Below are positions 11,946 to 21,682 of a stretch of 64,000 nucleotides of DNA, in pieces. This DNA comes from an uncultured Planctomycetota bacterium. Its GTDB lineage: Bacteria; Planctomycetota; Planctomycetia; Isosphaerales; Isosphaeraceae. The stretch is taken from assembly GCA_963845755.1 (NCBI GenBank), contig CAWJTV010000044.1, positions 1 to 64,000 on the forward strand, written 5' to 3'. The notes under the pieces were generated by a model. The model was not told the origin of the DNA, ran no database searches, and saw only the letters and a list, made by a program, of their open reading frames with translations. Within the stretch, counting starts at the first letter, position 1. Every line of letters begins with the position of its first letter. Made by a program: the position numbers and the translations under genes.

Positions 11946-12010
11946 TGGCAACCATAGTGGCAACCAAAATCCGGTTGCCACACGCGGCGGTCGGATGGGT
12001 GTGGCAACCA
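11946..12010. repeat. Putative integrase arm-type sites, left end
   Basis: TGGCAACCA 11946, GTGGCAACCA 11957, inverted GGTTGCCAC 11973, GTGGCAACCA 12001. Confidence 0.65.
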
Positions 12011-12219
12011 AAACCCCATCCCGCATGCTTCAGAGCGTAGTATTTACATTTATCGATTTTTGCGCTACGCTCGCCTCGCTTATCGGTGAGTGAGGTTATT
12101 ATGTCTGGATTTCATCGCGGCGCAAGCCCTTCCATTCGGTATACCCCTGGACCGTGGTCCCGCGGTGGCCGGACGGCAAGTACCACGCCATCCGCGTCAA
12201 TGACTGGGAGCGAATCGGA

Positions 12220-12759
12220 CTAGTCTTCGACCCGGGCGTTTGGGTGGCGATTCAAGAACATCCGATCGGCGAGGCGTCTGGCCTCGGCGACCATTTCGGA
12301 TTCCGCCTCTCCGGGCCCCGGTTGCAGAAGGACGGTGACGATGCCATGTTTTTCGTCATGCTGGGCCTCGCCCTCCCAACGGCCGGCGGAGTAGGCGACG
12401 GCACCCTTCGCCTTCACCCCGTGGTACACACGTCCCCGCGTGAGAGTCGGCCGCCACACCGATGTCTCACCTCGGCGATCGTAGGTGACGGAGTATTCGA
12501 CGCGCGTGCCCGGCTCCTTCTCGTTCTCACCGGCCTGCGAAGGTTCCTCCAAGTCGTCTTCCGGCACCTCGAACATTGTCGGCTCGTCCTGGCCGATCAC
12601 GGGCTGGACGAGGTAGATCCGCCGGCCGTGCGCTGCTAGGGGGCCGCGGTCCTCGATCACCTTGCCGGAGACCCGGCGCGGCCCGTAGAGGAAGGAGACC
12701 GGGTCGCCCACTCGGAAACGCGGCTTCTTTTTCTTTTTCTTTTTCTTTTTGTCACTCAT
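12220..12759 (-). CDS. Hypothetical protein with N-terminal poly-Lys and an SH3/KOW-like domain
   Basis: MSD-K9-PRFRVGDPVSF..VSGKVIEDRG..RRIYLV; GAGG ribosome-binding site. Confidence 0.7.
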   Translation of the reverse strand: MSDKKKKKKKKKPRFRVGDPVSFLYGPRRVSGKVIEDRGPLAAHGRRIYLVQPVIGQDEPTMFEVPEDDLEEPSQAGENEKEPGTRVEYSVTYDRRGETSVWRPTLTRGRVYHGVKAKGAVAYSAGRWEGEAQHDEKHGIVTVLLQPGPGEAESEMVAEARRLADRMFLNRHPNARVED

Positions 12760-12769
12760 AAGCTAGCCC

Positions 12770-13357
12770 TCATGTGGGCCACGGCGGGCCCCCGATTAGG
12801 CTTCCCAGGTATGTCCGCATCACGCGATCGAACGTGCGTGCCAGGCGGTTGCACAGTCTCCGCCATCGGCGTACCTCGTTTAGCGTGAGGTTGGGTGGCG
12901 CTCCCGGGCTCACCGTCGTGAAATTCTGGTGGGCGATCGCGTTCCGCCAATCGTTGAGAATTCCCAGTTCCTTCATGGCCGCCTTGTTGTCCGCGAGAAG
13001 GCTATTGGCCTCGTCCCAGAACGCAACGCCAAACCAACCGAAGTCGGAACCGAGGCTGCCGGCCTGGGCATTCCTGCTCTCCAACTGGCGGCCCTCGACG
13101 AACCGATTGCGAACGATCTGCGTCACGAGGGCGGGCGGATTGAGATAATCGATCAGGATTGTGACGCTCTCCGTGTGGAGGTCCCGGCAGAATCCCTGGA
13201 ACTGAGAGGCGACCATCACGGCATACGCCTGGTTGACCTGTTGGGTCGCGTAGCGCCTGCCCGGCCCCGTCCCGCCGATGGATGCGTGAGCGTTTGCCAT
13301 CTCGTCCAAGGCTCGGGCACGGGTTGTCCGCCAGACGCGCAGGGAGTTCGACGGCAT
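12770..13357 (-). CDS. HEPN-like putative RNase
   Basis: Helical protein with AYAVMVASQFQGFCRDL and the Rx4H motif WRNAIAH. Confidence 0.7.
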   Translation of the reverse strand: MPSNSLRVWRTTRARALDEMANAHASIGGTGPGRRYATQQVNQAYAVMVASQFQGFCRDLHTESVTILIDYLNPPALVTQIVRNRFVEGRQLESRNAQAGSLGSDFGWFGVAFWDEANSLLADNKAAMKELGILNDWRNAIAHQNFTTVSPGAPPNLTLNEVRRWRRLCNRLARTFDRVMRTYLGSLIGGPPWPT

Positions 13358-13665
13358 GTAACGTCCTCAGACCAATCGCACCGCGCACAGCCATTTTTCT
13401 AGTCTACCAGGCAACCACTCGCATCGGTAGATTCGCGGTGCCGTCGCCTTGTTCTCCGTATACCGTCAGCGCTAGCCGTCATACCTACGATGATGGGGCG
13501 TTGAATTTCCGGTCGAACCCAGCCAAACCGAAAGGAGACCTCCGTCTCCGAACCTCAAGACTTACGTGTGACGGACCACCAGCGCAATTAAGAACGCCGG
13601 CGCTTGGCCGGGGTGGTCGATCACTCGTTGGAACCTCATCCTTATCAGAACATTCTCAGGACACA

Positions 13666-14538
13666 TCATATCGGCATCTGGCCGCGCTGAATGGCAAACC
13701 CGTTGAACCGGTCAAGTGGATCGATACCCCAGCCGTTCAGAAACGTCGTCAGATGCGCCGCCGTCACAACGAACACCGTGCGTTCACGAGCCCGGTTGGC
13801 CGCTCTGAGGTCTCGGAACCGGCTCTCTGGCATCGCCGTGGCCAAGCTCTTGCGAAAGCGGACAAAAGGGACGGTCTCGGTGACCGCATTGGCGGCGGCG
13901 AGCGTTCCGTCCTCAACTCGAATCGCCGCCGGATCGAAACGGCAGATTGTCAGCGCCGCATTCGTCACGACCACCGGCACGATGAACAGTCGCAGGTGCT
14001 GGGCGTATCCCTGGCTCATGACATTCACTTCCTCGTTACCCAGGCCCTCCACCGACTGTAGGCACTCTACCGCAAGCGATTCCAGAATCGGCGTGCGCCG
14101 CGGCTCATCGCTCGGCATCACGCAGAACTCGGACTGGTAGGACGCAGGGGAGATGCGCACGTCCTCCCAGACGCGCACATCGTGCCATTCCGGAGGAGAC
14201 TTCGTGCGATCGCCGTTTCCCTCAATCTCCAGGCACGAGCAGACGTCGGTTTGTGTCGGAGCGTGTCCCGGCAGGAGGAAGAGCCAATTCAATTGTCGGG
14301 CGTCGTCCGCTCTGATCCGCTTGCATTCCACCACCAAGCGGCATGTTGTGAGATGGTGGTGCGTCAAGACCAAGTCGATGAATCCGGATGCTCCGTCCGG
14401 GATGGCCCAGGGCTGTTCGCGGCTCGCAACCGTCCATCCATGCTCTTGGACCGTAGCGTTGACCTCCTGCTCAACGCGGAGCTGGAATCCATAACCTGAC
14501 CGGTTGAACTGCTTCAGGATCTCGTCATGCGTGGGCAT
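13666..14538 (-). CDS. PD-(D/E)xK restriction-endonuclease-fold protein
   Basis: SGYGFQLRV helix, FIDLVL, LVVECKR (D...ExK). Confidence 0.65.
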   Translation of the reverse strand: MPTHDEILKQFNRSGYGFQLRVEQEVNATVQEHGWTVASREQPWAIPDGASGFIDLVLTHHHLTTCRLVVECKRIRADDARQLNWLFLLPGHAPTQTDVCSCLEIEGNGDRTKSPPEWHDVRVWEDVRISPASYQSEFCVMPSDEPRRTPILESLAVECLQSVEGLGNEEVNVMSQGYAQHLRLFIVPVVVTNAALTICRFDPAAIRVEDGTLAAANAVTETVPFVRFRKSLATAMPESRFRDLRAANRARERTVFVVTAAHLTTFLNGWGIDPLDRFNGFAIQRGQMPI

Positions 14539-14696
14539 AGGCGGTTTCTCGCAACCGGTGGACTTGAACTGTGAACAAAATCATAGCATATCAACCGGCT
14601 CGATGCCCGATCAACACGGACGTACACTATACCTGATCGTTATTCGTAGAAGGAAGTTGTCGGTCCTATTCTCGCCCTGATCCCGCCGCTCCCCTC

Positions 14697-14725
14697 TTGG
14701 CCGGTAGGATGCCAGCCGTTAGAAT
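14697..14725 (+). promoter_or_regulatory. Element-encoded sigma70-like promoter facing the reconstituted tRNA
   Basis: TTGGCC-17 nt-TAGAAT, same architecture as the promoter at 11670. Confidence 0.55.
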
Positions 14726-14745
14726 CGATTTGAGCTCGAAAGACG

Positions 14746-14767
14746 GTGGCAACAGGTGTGGCAACCA
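14746..14767. repeat. Putative integrase arm-type sites, right end
   Basis: GTGGCAACA 14746 and GTGGCAACCA 14758. Confidence 0.65.
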
Positions 14768-14820
14768 AGCCGAGAAAAGCATCTGTGCATTTGACGTAAG
14801 TCCTTACAGATTAAGCACTT

Positions 14821-14892
<72 letters not shown>

Positions 14893-14947
14893 CTCGACAT
14901 AACTCCTACCGAAGCCTCTCATCGAGACTGATGGGCGCGGATACCGT

Positions 14948-15897
14948 TCAAGATACGGCTCGATACCAGGCAACGTACTGTTCCAGCCCCTCGTTGATCG
15001 GGGTCTTCGGCAAGTAACCCAACTCGTGCGCGGCCCGGCCGATATCGGCATAGGTTTGCCGGACGTCCCCCGGTTGTTCGGGCAACTGCCGGATGATCGG
15101 CGCCTTGCCCAAAGCGGCGGCGATCGAGTCGATGAGATGCCTCAACTCGATGGGATTGGAGTTCCCCAGGTTGTAGAGGTGATGGCTCTTGCACCGCTCA
15201 ACTGCCCGGATGATCCCGTCGACGATATCTGAGATGAAGGTGTAGTCGCGCCGGGTCGTGCCGTCGCCGAACATCGGCACTGGCTCCCCCCGGTCAATCA
15301 GCCGGGTGAATTTGGCTATGGCCAGGTCGGGTCGGTTCCTTGGGCCATAGGCAGTGAAGAACCGCAGCCCGGTGACGGGCAGCCCGTGCAGATGGTGGAA
15401 GGTGTAGGCGAGTAGCTCGCAGGCCTTCTTGGTCGCGGCATAAGGGCTGATGGGTAGATCGACCGGGTCGGTCTCGCGGAATGGGGCGTCGGGGCGGTCG
15501 CCGTAGACGCTCGAACTCGACGCGTAGACGAACCGTGGGCGAGGCTCAAGCCGGGCCGCGGCATCGAGCCAGTGGACCGTTCCTAGCACGTTGACGTTGG
15601 CGTAAAGCGCGGGATCTTCGATGCTGGGCGCACCCCTGCGCGGGCGGCGAGATGAACGATCACATCCGGGTGGAACTGGCCGACCAGCGACTTGACCCCT
15701 GGTGCGTCCCGGATATCCAACTCGACTAACCGGCACTGCGGGCTCCGTAGCGATGCGGTCAAATTGGACTCCTTGGCGGAGCGGGCGTAGAACGAGTCGA
15801 AGTTGTCCACCACGATCACCTCGGCCCCATCGGCCAGCAGCCGATCGACCACGTGCGATCCGATGAATCCAGCCCCACCGGTCACGATCGTTTTCAT
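14948..15897 (-). CDS. NAD-dependent epimerase/dehydratase (UDP-glucuronate 4-epimerase-like); frameshift near 15630
   Basis: [54 protein letters not shown]. Confidence 0.9.
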
Positions 15898-16492
15898 GAC
15901 GCCGATGCCTCATTCTGGAAGCAACGATCCCTCAGTCTCTTGGTAACATCTGTTGCGTCGAAGATCACGGCGGATTGCAATTGTTCGAACAAAGTATCGT
16001 GAACAAAGATCGACTGGAAGGGACTTCCAGAACGAAGACGGCCGCAGCCTGCTCAACTTGGCCCTCGCGGTTGACCGAATGATTTCGGTCTAACTACACC
16101 CTACTTCGAGCATCTTTGTCTCTGACTGTTAAGCGGTTCGACTGTTGCTGCTCGGAATGGGCCGGAGAGAACGGAGCCATTCTCAGGCTCGTTCGGTTCA
16201 TGCTCACGATCGCATCCGACCGCTTCCGCCGCGCGTGGGAAAGAAGCGGCGCAACCGCTCAACGAAATCGGGGCCATCTGGGACATAGAGCACAGTTGTC
16301 CACGACACGACAGAGACCGGCCAGTCACGAGCCCGTCGATCGAGTCTCCCACCGCCCGGGAAGCATGACACATTGCAATCGACGAAGACTTGCGTCAATC
16401 TCGCCTGGATATGCCCATGGAGGGGGAACTCGCCGACGAACCGTCGTGTTGAGAGCGGAGATGCCCCATGGGTTTTTGTGCAGATTTTTTCC

Positions 16493-16529
16493 TTGACCGA
16501 TGTCAACTCTTTCGCCTAATTTTTAGAAT
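16493..16529 (+). promoter_or_regulatory. FNR/CRP-family-like palindrome overlapping the -35 region of the DJ-1/tyrosinase operon promoter
   Basis: TTGAC-CGAT-GTCAA (16493-16506), then TAGAAT at 16524-16529. Confidence 0.45.
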
Positions 16530-16585
16530 CCCTGGTGCGTTGATGCGGTGGCCGCATTTGCGACGCGTGATAGAGGGTCACATCG

Positions 16586-17242
16586 ATGGTGCACCCCCGA
16601 AGAACGCAGATCGGAATTCTTGTCTATGAAGGCGTCGACCTGCTCGACGTCGCAGTCCCCTACGAGTTGTTCGGCTGGGCGGCGGCTGCCGACTCGAGCC
16701 TAGCCGTCCGGCTGGTCGCCGCCAGAGCGGGCCAGGTGACGACTCGCGACCATTTCCGTTTCGAGGCCAACGACGAGATCCACGACTGCCCGCCGCTTGA
16801 CGTGGTCTGGGTTCCCGGGGCCGACCCGAAGTTCCTCGCGGACGCCATGACGAATGCGGCCATCCTCGACTTCCTCCGGAGGCAAGCCCTCGTCGCGCAA
16901 TTCGTCGTTTCCGTTTGCGAAGGAGCGTTGATCCTGGCAGCCGCCGGGCTGCTCGACGGTTATGAGGCGACCACTCACTGGGCGTTTCTCCCGTGCTTCG
17001 CGCGGTTCCCGAAGATTCGCGTGGCGGCAGGCTACCCGCGTTTCGTCGTGGACCGCGATCGCGTGACCGGCGGTGGCATCTCCTCGGGACTCGATGAGGC
17101 ACTCGAGGTCATTGCATTGCTCCGTGGCGATGACGCGGCCAAGAATGTGCAGTTGACGATCCAGTATCACCCTCAACCACCGTTTCAGTGGGGAGATCCT
17201 GCGCAGGCGGGAACACCCCCGGCGACCTCATGTCCCTTCTGA
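16586..17242 (+). CDS. DJ-1/PfpI family protein (isonitrile hydratase-like)
   Basis: LLDVAVP, VWVPG, SVCEGALILAAAGLLDGYEATTHW, TGGGISSGLD, QYHPQPPF. Confidence 0.85.
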   Translation: MVHPRRTQIGILVYEGVDLLDVAVPYELFGWAAAADSSLAVRLVAARAGQVTTRDHFRFEANDEIHDCPPLDVVWVPGADPKFLADAMTNAAILDFLRRQALVAQFVVSVCEGALILAAAGLLDGYEATTHWAFLPCFARFPKIRVAAGYPRFVVDRDRVTGGGISSGLDEALEVIALLRGDDAAKNVQLTIQYHPQPPFQWGDPAQAGTPPATSCPF

Positions 17243-17394
17243 CCTGGAGCGGGAACTCACAGTCGTACTCGGGGTAGGCGCCCGTACGCGAGGCGGGAAA
17301 AGGTCGTGGCCCGCACAAGGCGGGTCTTCACAACCAGGAGTCTCGGGATGCGGCGGCTTGTCGCCGAGGTCCCCCAGAGCGAAGGAGCCAGATC

Positions 17395-19461
17395 GTGGCC
17401 GTTGTGACTCCGAAGCCGTCCACGGAACCGTCAACGACTTCGCGGTATCAACGGGTCCGCGAGATCCTTGACCAGGCCGCGGCAGGGTCGACTTCCACGT
17501 ATCAGGGCTACGGCCCATTCTGGCGGCTGCCGTACGCGGAGTTCCTCGAATTCTCGCTGTACGGCTTCCGGATGATCAGCCCGGGCCCCGACCGACCGAA
17601 GTCCGCCACGCCGTCGCCTTCTGCGTCATCATCGCGAGCTCCCGCGTCCGCCGCGGTTGTGACCATCGGCGGTCTGGGAGGCGGCGGTTCGTCCGCTCCC
17701 GCGGTTGCCGCGACAGTTCCCGTCTTCGGTATGAGATCCGCCGCTTCGGGCCTGATCAAGGGCCTGCGGGGACTCGCCCCGTTTGACGGGCGGCAGTTCC
17801 CTAGACTTCCCTGGGGGGGGCAGGCGGTGCCCGAGGACCAGATTGCCTTCATCGCCGCCTGGATCGACGACGGCTGCCCGCAGGACGATGTCTCCGTCGA
17901 GGCCGCCTCGTCGCGCACCGCCCGCTCTGCGGCCCTGGCCCGGGGCGAGGCCGAGCACCCCCAATCGACCCGGTCGATCAACGACTTTCGCGATGAGGTC
18001 GGCCAGATCAAGGCGCGAAAGAACATCATCAGCCTGACCCCGGACGAGCTGAAGCGGTTTCGCGATGCGATCCGTGAAATGCGGAGGTATGACGGCTTCC
18101 TCCAGGATGAACGCAGCTTCAACTACTGGGCCCGCATCCACGCCAATCTCTGTCAGCACGGTTGGGAAGAGTTCCTCACCTGGCACCGGATCTACCTCTA
18201 CGAGTTCGAGCAACGCCTCCAGGACGTCGACCCGGCCGTCACCCTTCCTTACTGGGATTGGACCCTGGACGACCAGGATTGGAACACGGTGGGCGTGGAC
18301 ACCGGGACAATTCCCGAGCCCTACCGTTGCTGGCTCGACGACGCGGCGATCGCGGGCCTGCGCGGCCTCATCTCGCAAGAGAACCTGGACAAGCTCCAGG
18401 GGATCGCCGGCCAGAAGTTCGACTCTGGCAGCCGATTGCTCCGCAAGGCCGGGATCGCCTACGTCCCGAACCTCGCCGACATCGATCGGATCTTCGAGGC
18501 CGCCCTGCGGGTCAACCCGCTCTGGAACCGGTTCCGGTGGCCCGGGGGCGACGCGAACTTGATCTTCGAGGGCTACCCTCGACCCGAAGATATCGAGCGA
18601 ATTCTGAACCTGAATGATTTCTTCTCCTTCGGTAGCGGCCCGACCAACAATCACTTCTTCGGGGCGCTCGAGAGCGTCCACAACCTGATCCACAACTTCT
18701 CCGGCGGGCTCAACCCCGACTATAACCAGGCCAGCCCGGTGCGACTGCCCAACGGCGATCTCGACCCACCGACCGGCGACATGGTCTCGGCCGGCACGAC
18801 CGCGTTCGACCCGATCTTCTGGGGGCATCACAGCAACGTCGATCGACTCTGGTCCGAGTGGCAGAAACGGCATCCCTCCGCCGGACCGGACGATCCGACC
18901 TCGGTCTTGCCCCCCTGGACCTCGACCGTCGCCGACTCGGCCAACATCGCCAATCTCGGCTACGAATACGTGATGACATCTCACCTCTTCGAGACCGATA
19001 GTTCGGTGGCCCTCACCAAATTCCGGTCGGCCGCCGCGGGGGTCTCGGCGCACGTGCTGGCCAATCATGAGAGGGCAGAGATCCGGATCCACCGCGTGAG
19101 GTTCCCGATGTCCGGGGGAGGTTTTGTCCGGGCGTTCCTGAACCAGCCCGAAGCCAACGCCAAGACGCCGGTGAAGGACAACCCGAACTACGTCGGTCAG
19201 TTCGCCATGTTCTCGGGTGGGTGTGTGGGCGGCCCTGGGCATTGCGACCCACCCGAGGAACCGCGCAGGAAGTTCGATCGACGCCATCGCCACCACAAGA
19301 CCCCCGGCAACATCCGGTTCGACGCCACCGCCGCCGTCCAGCGGCTCCGCGATCAGGGGGCCACGGATTATCGGGTCCAACTCGTCGTCCTCGGCCTGGA
19401 CGGCGCGCCTCGGGACAATGCCTTGTGGGTCAACGGCGTCTCGCTGACTTTCCTCGATTGA
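17395..19461 (+). CDS. Tyrosinase (type 3 di-copper protein) with extra N- and C-terminal domains
   Basis: CuA IHANLCQHGWEEFLTWHR; LPYWDW; CuB HNLIH..AFDPIFWGHHSNVDRLW; AAGGAG ribosome-binding site before the GTG start. Confidence 0.92.
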   Translation: MAVVTPKPSTEPSTTSRYQRVREILDQAAAGSTSTYQGYGPFWRLPYAEFLEFSLYGFRMISPGPDRPKSATPSPSASSSRAPASAAVVTIGGLGGGGSSAPAVAATVPVFGMRSAASGLIKGLRGLAPFDGRQFPRLPWGGQAVPEDQIAFIAAWIDDGCPQDDVSVEAASSRTARSAALARGEAEHPQSTRSINDFRDEVGQIKARKNIISLTPDELKRFRDAIREMRRYDGFLQDERSFNYWARIHANLCQHGWEEFLTWHRIYLYEFEQRLQDVDPAVTLPYWDWTLDDQDWNTVGVDTGTIPEPYRCWLDDAAIAGLRGLISQENLDKLQGIAGQKFDSGSRLLRKAGIAYVPNLADIDRIFEAALRVNPLWNRFRWPGGDANLIFEGYPRPEDIERILNLNDFFSFGSGPTNNHFFGALESVHNLIHNFSGGLNPDYNQASPVRLPNGDLDPPTGDMVSAGTTAFDPIFWGHHSNVDRLWSEWQKRHPSAGPDDPTSVLPPWTSTVADSANIANLGYEYVMTSHLFETDSSVALTKFRSAAAGVSAHVLANHERAEIRIHRVRFPMSGGGFVRAFLNQPEANAKTPVKDNPNYVGQFAMFSGGCVGGPGHCDPPEEPRRKFDRRHRHHKTPGNIRFDATAAVQRLRDQGATDYRVQLVVLGLDGAPRDNALWVNGVSLTFLD

Positions 19462-19525
19462 ACCAACCGCGGCCCGGGGCCATGCCCGCGGAACTCGCCG
19501 CTCTCGATAGAAAGGGACGACCGGT

Positions 19526-21655
19526 ATGCCGATGACGTTCAAGATCCACCCGGCCATCGGACTCGCACGCGTGGGGGACAGCCCGGACCAGTTCTACCTG
19601 GCGCCCGAGGGCGCCGGCGATCTGCCCATCCAGTGCGATGCCGCGGGCCTGACGAGCCCCGACGCGCAGGGAGTTGAGCCCCCCATCACCACGTTCAAGG
19701 ACCCCCAGGGACGCGTCAAGCGCCAGGCGGCCCGGTTCCGCGTCTTCGCCTACGACGAGGCGAACCCCCAGGGACTCGAGCTGAAAGTCGGCGACACCGT
19801 CACTTTCGTGCAAAAGCGGACGGGACAGCTCATCACCGCGAAGCTGCTCGACGTCCATTGGACCGTCTACCTCGCCAACAAGAAGGCCTCGTGGTACCGA
19901 TTTCAGGAGCTCGACGGCGAGCACGGATATCCGGCAAGCCACCCGCTCCGCAATCCGGAGATAACCGACAACGAGACCAGGCGACGGCTAATCATCGACC
20001 CCGGGCCGCAGAGCGTCTCCTACCTGGTGGAAAAGCAGCGCACGGCGAAGTTCGCCGCCGGGGTCAATCCGCAGTCGCCCCAGTCGTTCCCGCCCCCGCT
20101 CTCGCCCTATTCCATCGACTACCTGGGAGAGCTGATCGCCACCCAGCAGGACGGGCACAACCGCCTGATCGTCCTGGGCGGCCGGGGGAATTCCGGCTCG
20201 GTCCGCACCGGCCTGGGGGAGCCCTCGATCCAGAATTACGCCAATAACGACGGCTGGTTTGACGATATTTCCGACGGCCCGATCACCGCGTCGCTGATCT
20301 GCCAGATCCTCAAGGTCGATGGCCGCGACCCTCTCCCCGCTCAAGCCGGGAAGATCAGCGTGGCGGTTGACGATCCCGCCTGGGTCATCGTGGGTTATCC
20401 CCGGTTCGCTCCCCAGATCGTCAACATCATCACGCTCAACGAGCTCGTCGAGGACCTCGCCATCCGCCAGTTCGCCTTCCGGCCGGAAATGTACGGCGTC
20501 CCGCCGTTCGACGCGTCGACGCCCCCTCCACAAAACGACGACGCCTGGCGGGTCTGGCATGAGCAGGCGCGGTGGAACACCGAGTACTACCCACACTTCT
20601 ACCGCGACATCTGGCCCATACTCAGCCGGCCCGAGCAGTACTCCTGGGTCATGGACTTCGACTCCTTCGCCGGGGGTGACCCGCACAACGACACTCCGGG
20701 CCAGAAGGGAAACCTCGACCCCGATCTGCTCAGCGTCCCCCCGTACCACGGCCAGGATCCCGCCGAAGAGCAGCAGTTTCGCGCCCGCAGGATGTTCGTC
20801 TTCGAGGTGCTGCGACGGCCTGGCGAGGAGAACCAGTTGACCCGCCCCCTGAGCCCAGGACGAAGCTACTCCGCCCAGAATCCCCAGTATCACCGTAAGG
20901 AATCCGCCCATTCCGCCCGGCTGACCGGCGACCTTCAGAACCGCCTGATCGCCATGCCCTACCTCTGCGGCGACAATCCCCTGTCCAACTCGGTGGTCTC
21001 CAAGTTCCTCCGTCTCACCGACACGATGCTTTTCCTGCTCGGCCAGTGGGCCCTTGGCAAGTTCATTAACGAGAAGCGTGAGGATATCTCGATCGATACC
21101 GACAAGCCCTCAGTGAAGACCGGCCGCCAGCTCGACCAGGGCGTCCTGAGCAACGCGCTGGGGGGCGCCTTCTGCCCGGGTGGCGAGGTGAGCTGGATCA
21201 TCCGCAACCCGGCGATCTACACTCGGCCCTACCGGATCAATCTCAGCACATCCTACACCGCCGGCAGCCTGAGTACGCCTGGCGACATTGCATCGGGATC
21301 GGCCGGCTTCACCTTCGGGATGGAACCTGGCGACCTGACCCGCTACAGCGGCGTGCCCTGGCAATCCGACTTCAACGAGTGCAGCAACCAGCCGATCGAC
21401 ATCACCTATGAGAAGTGGAACCTCATCGAGCCGGACACGACCGGAGACCCGATCGTGCCGGTGACCCAGTTGACCTACTGGTGGCCCTCGCATCGTCCGA
21501 TGGAGGTCACCGCGGCCAGCGGCGCCCAGGTCGCATGGGCCGCTGGGATCCCCCAGACCAATTCGGGGGACCTGGAGATGGTGACGGCCTGGAAGAAGCT
21601 CGGCTTCATCCTCGGTCAGTCGGACGGCTCCTACATCCTGGTGGAATCGAGTTGA
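19526..21655 (+). CDS. LodA/GoxA-family CTQ-dependent amino acid oxidase
   Basis: FKIHPAIGLARVGDS, VKRQAARFRVF, LANKKASWY, NNDGWFDDISDGP, FCPGGE, PWQSDFNEC, WWPSHRP. Confidence 0.92.
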   Translation: MPMTFKIHPAIGLARVGDSPDQFYLAPEGAGDLPIQCDAAGLTSPDAQGVEPPITTFKDPQGRVKRQAARFRVFAYDEANPQGLELKVGDTVTFVQKRTGQLITAKLLDVHWTVYLANKKASWYRFQELDGEHGYPASHPLRNPEITDNETRRRLIIDPGPQSVSYLVEKQRTAKFAAGVNPQSPQSFPPPLSPYSIDYLGELIATQQDGHNRLIVLGGRGNSGSVRTGLGEPSIQNYANNDGWFDDISDGPITASLICQILKVDGRDPLPAQAGKISVAVDDPAWVIVGYPRFAPQIVNIITLNELVEDLAIRQFAFRPEMYGVPPFDASTPPPQNDDAWRVWHEQARWNTEYYPHFYRDIWPILSRPEQYSWVMDFDSFAGGDPHNDTPGQKGNLDPDLLSVPPYHGQDPAEEQQFRARRMFVFEVLRRPGEENQLTRPLSPGRSYSAQNPQYHRKESAHSARLTGDLQNRLIAMPYLCGDNPLSNSVVSKFLRLTDTMLFLLGQWALGKFINEKREDISIDTDKPSVKTGRQLDQGVLSNALGGAFCPGGEVSWIIRNPAIYTRPYRINLSTSYTAGSLSTPGDIASGSAGFTFGMEPGDLTRYSGVPWQSDFNECSNQPIDITYEKWNLIEPDTTGDPIVPVTQLTYWWPSHRPMEVTAASGAQVAWAAGIPQTNSGDLEMVTAWKKLGFILGQSDGSYILVESS

Positions 21656-21682
21656 CACAACACCTGAGGGAGGACCACACTC

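Noticed and set aside
12724..12750. Programmed -1 frameshift in the poly-Lys run
   Set aside because: Codons alternate AAA and AAG without the A-AAA-AAG heptamer, and the ORF is already open
17629..19557. Long antisense and alternate-frame ORFs (also 1568-2686, 31233-32816, 53776-55173 and the first third of 36384-38831)
   Set aside because: Shadow ORFs of GC-rich coding genes with no recognisable motifs
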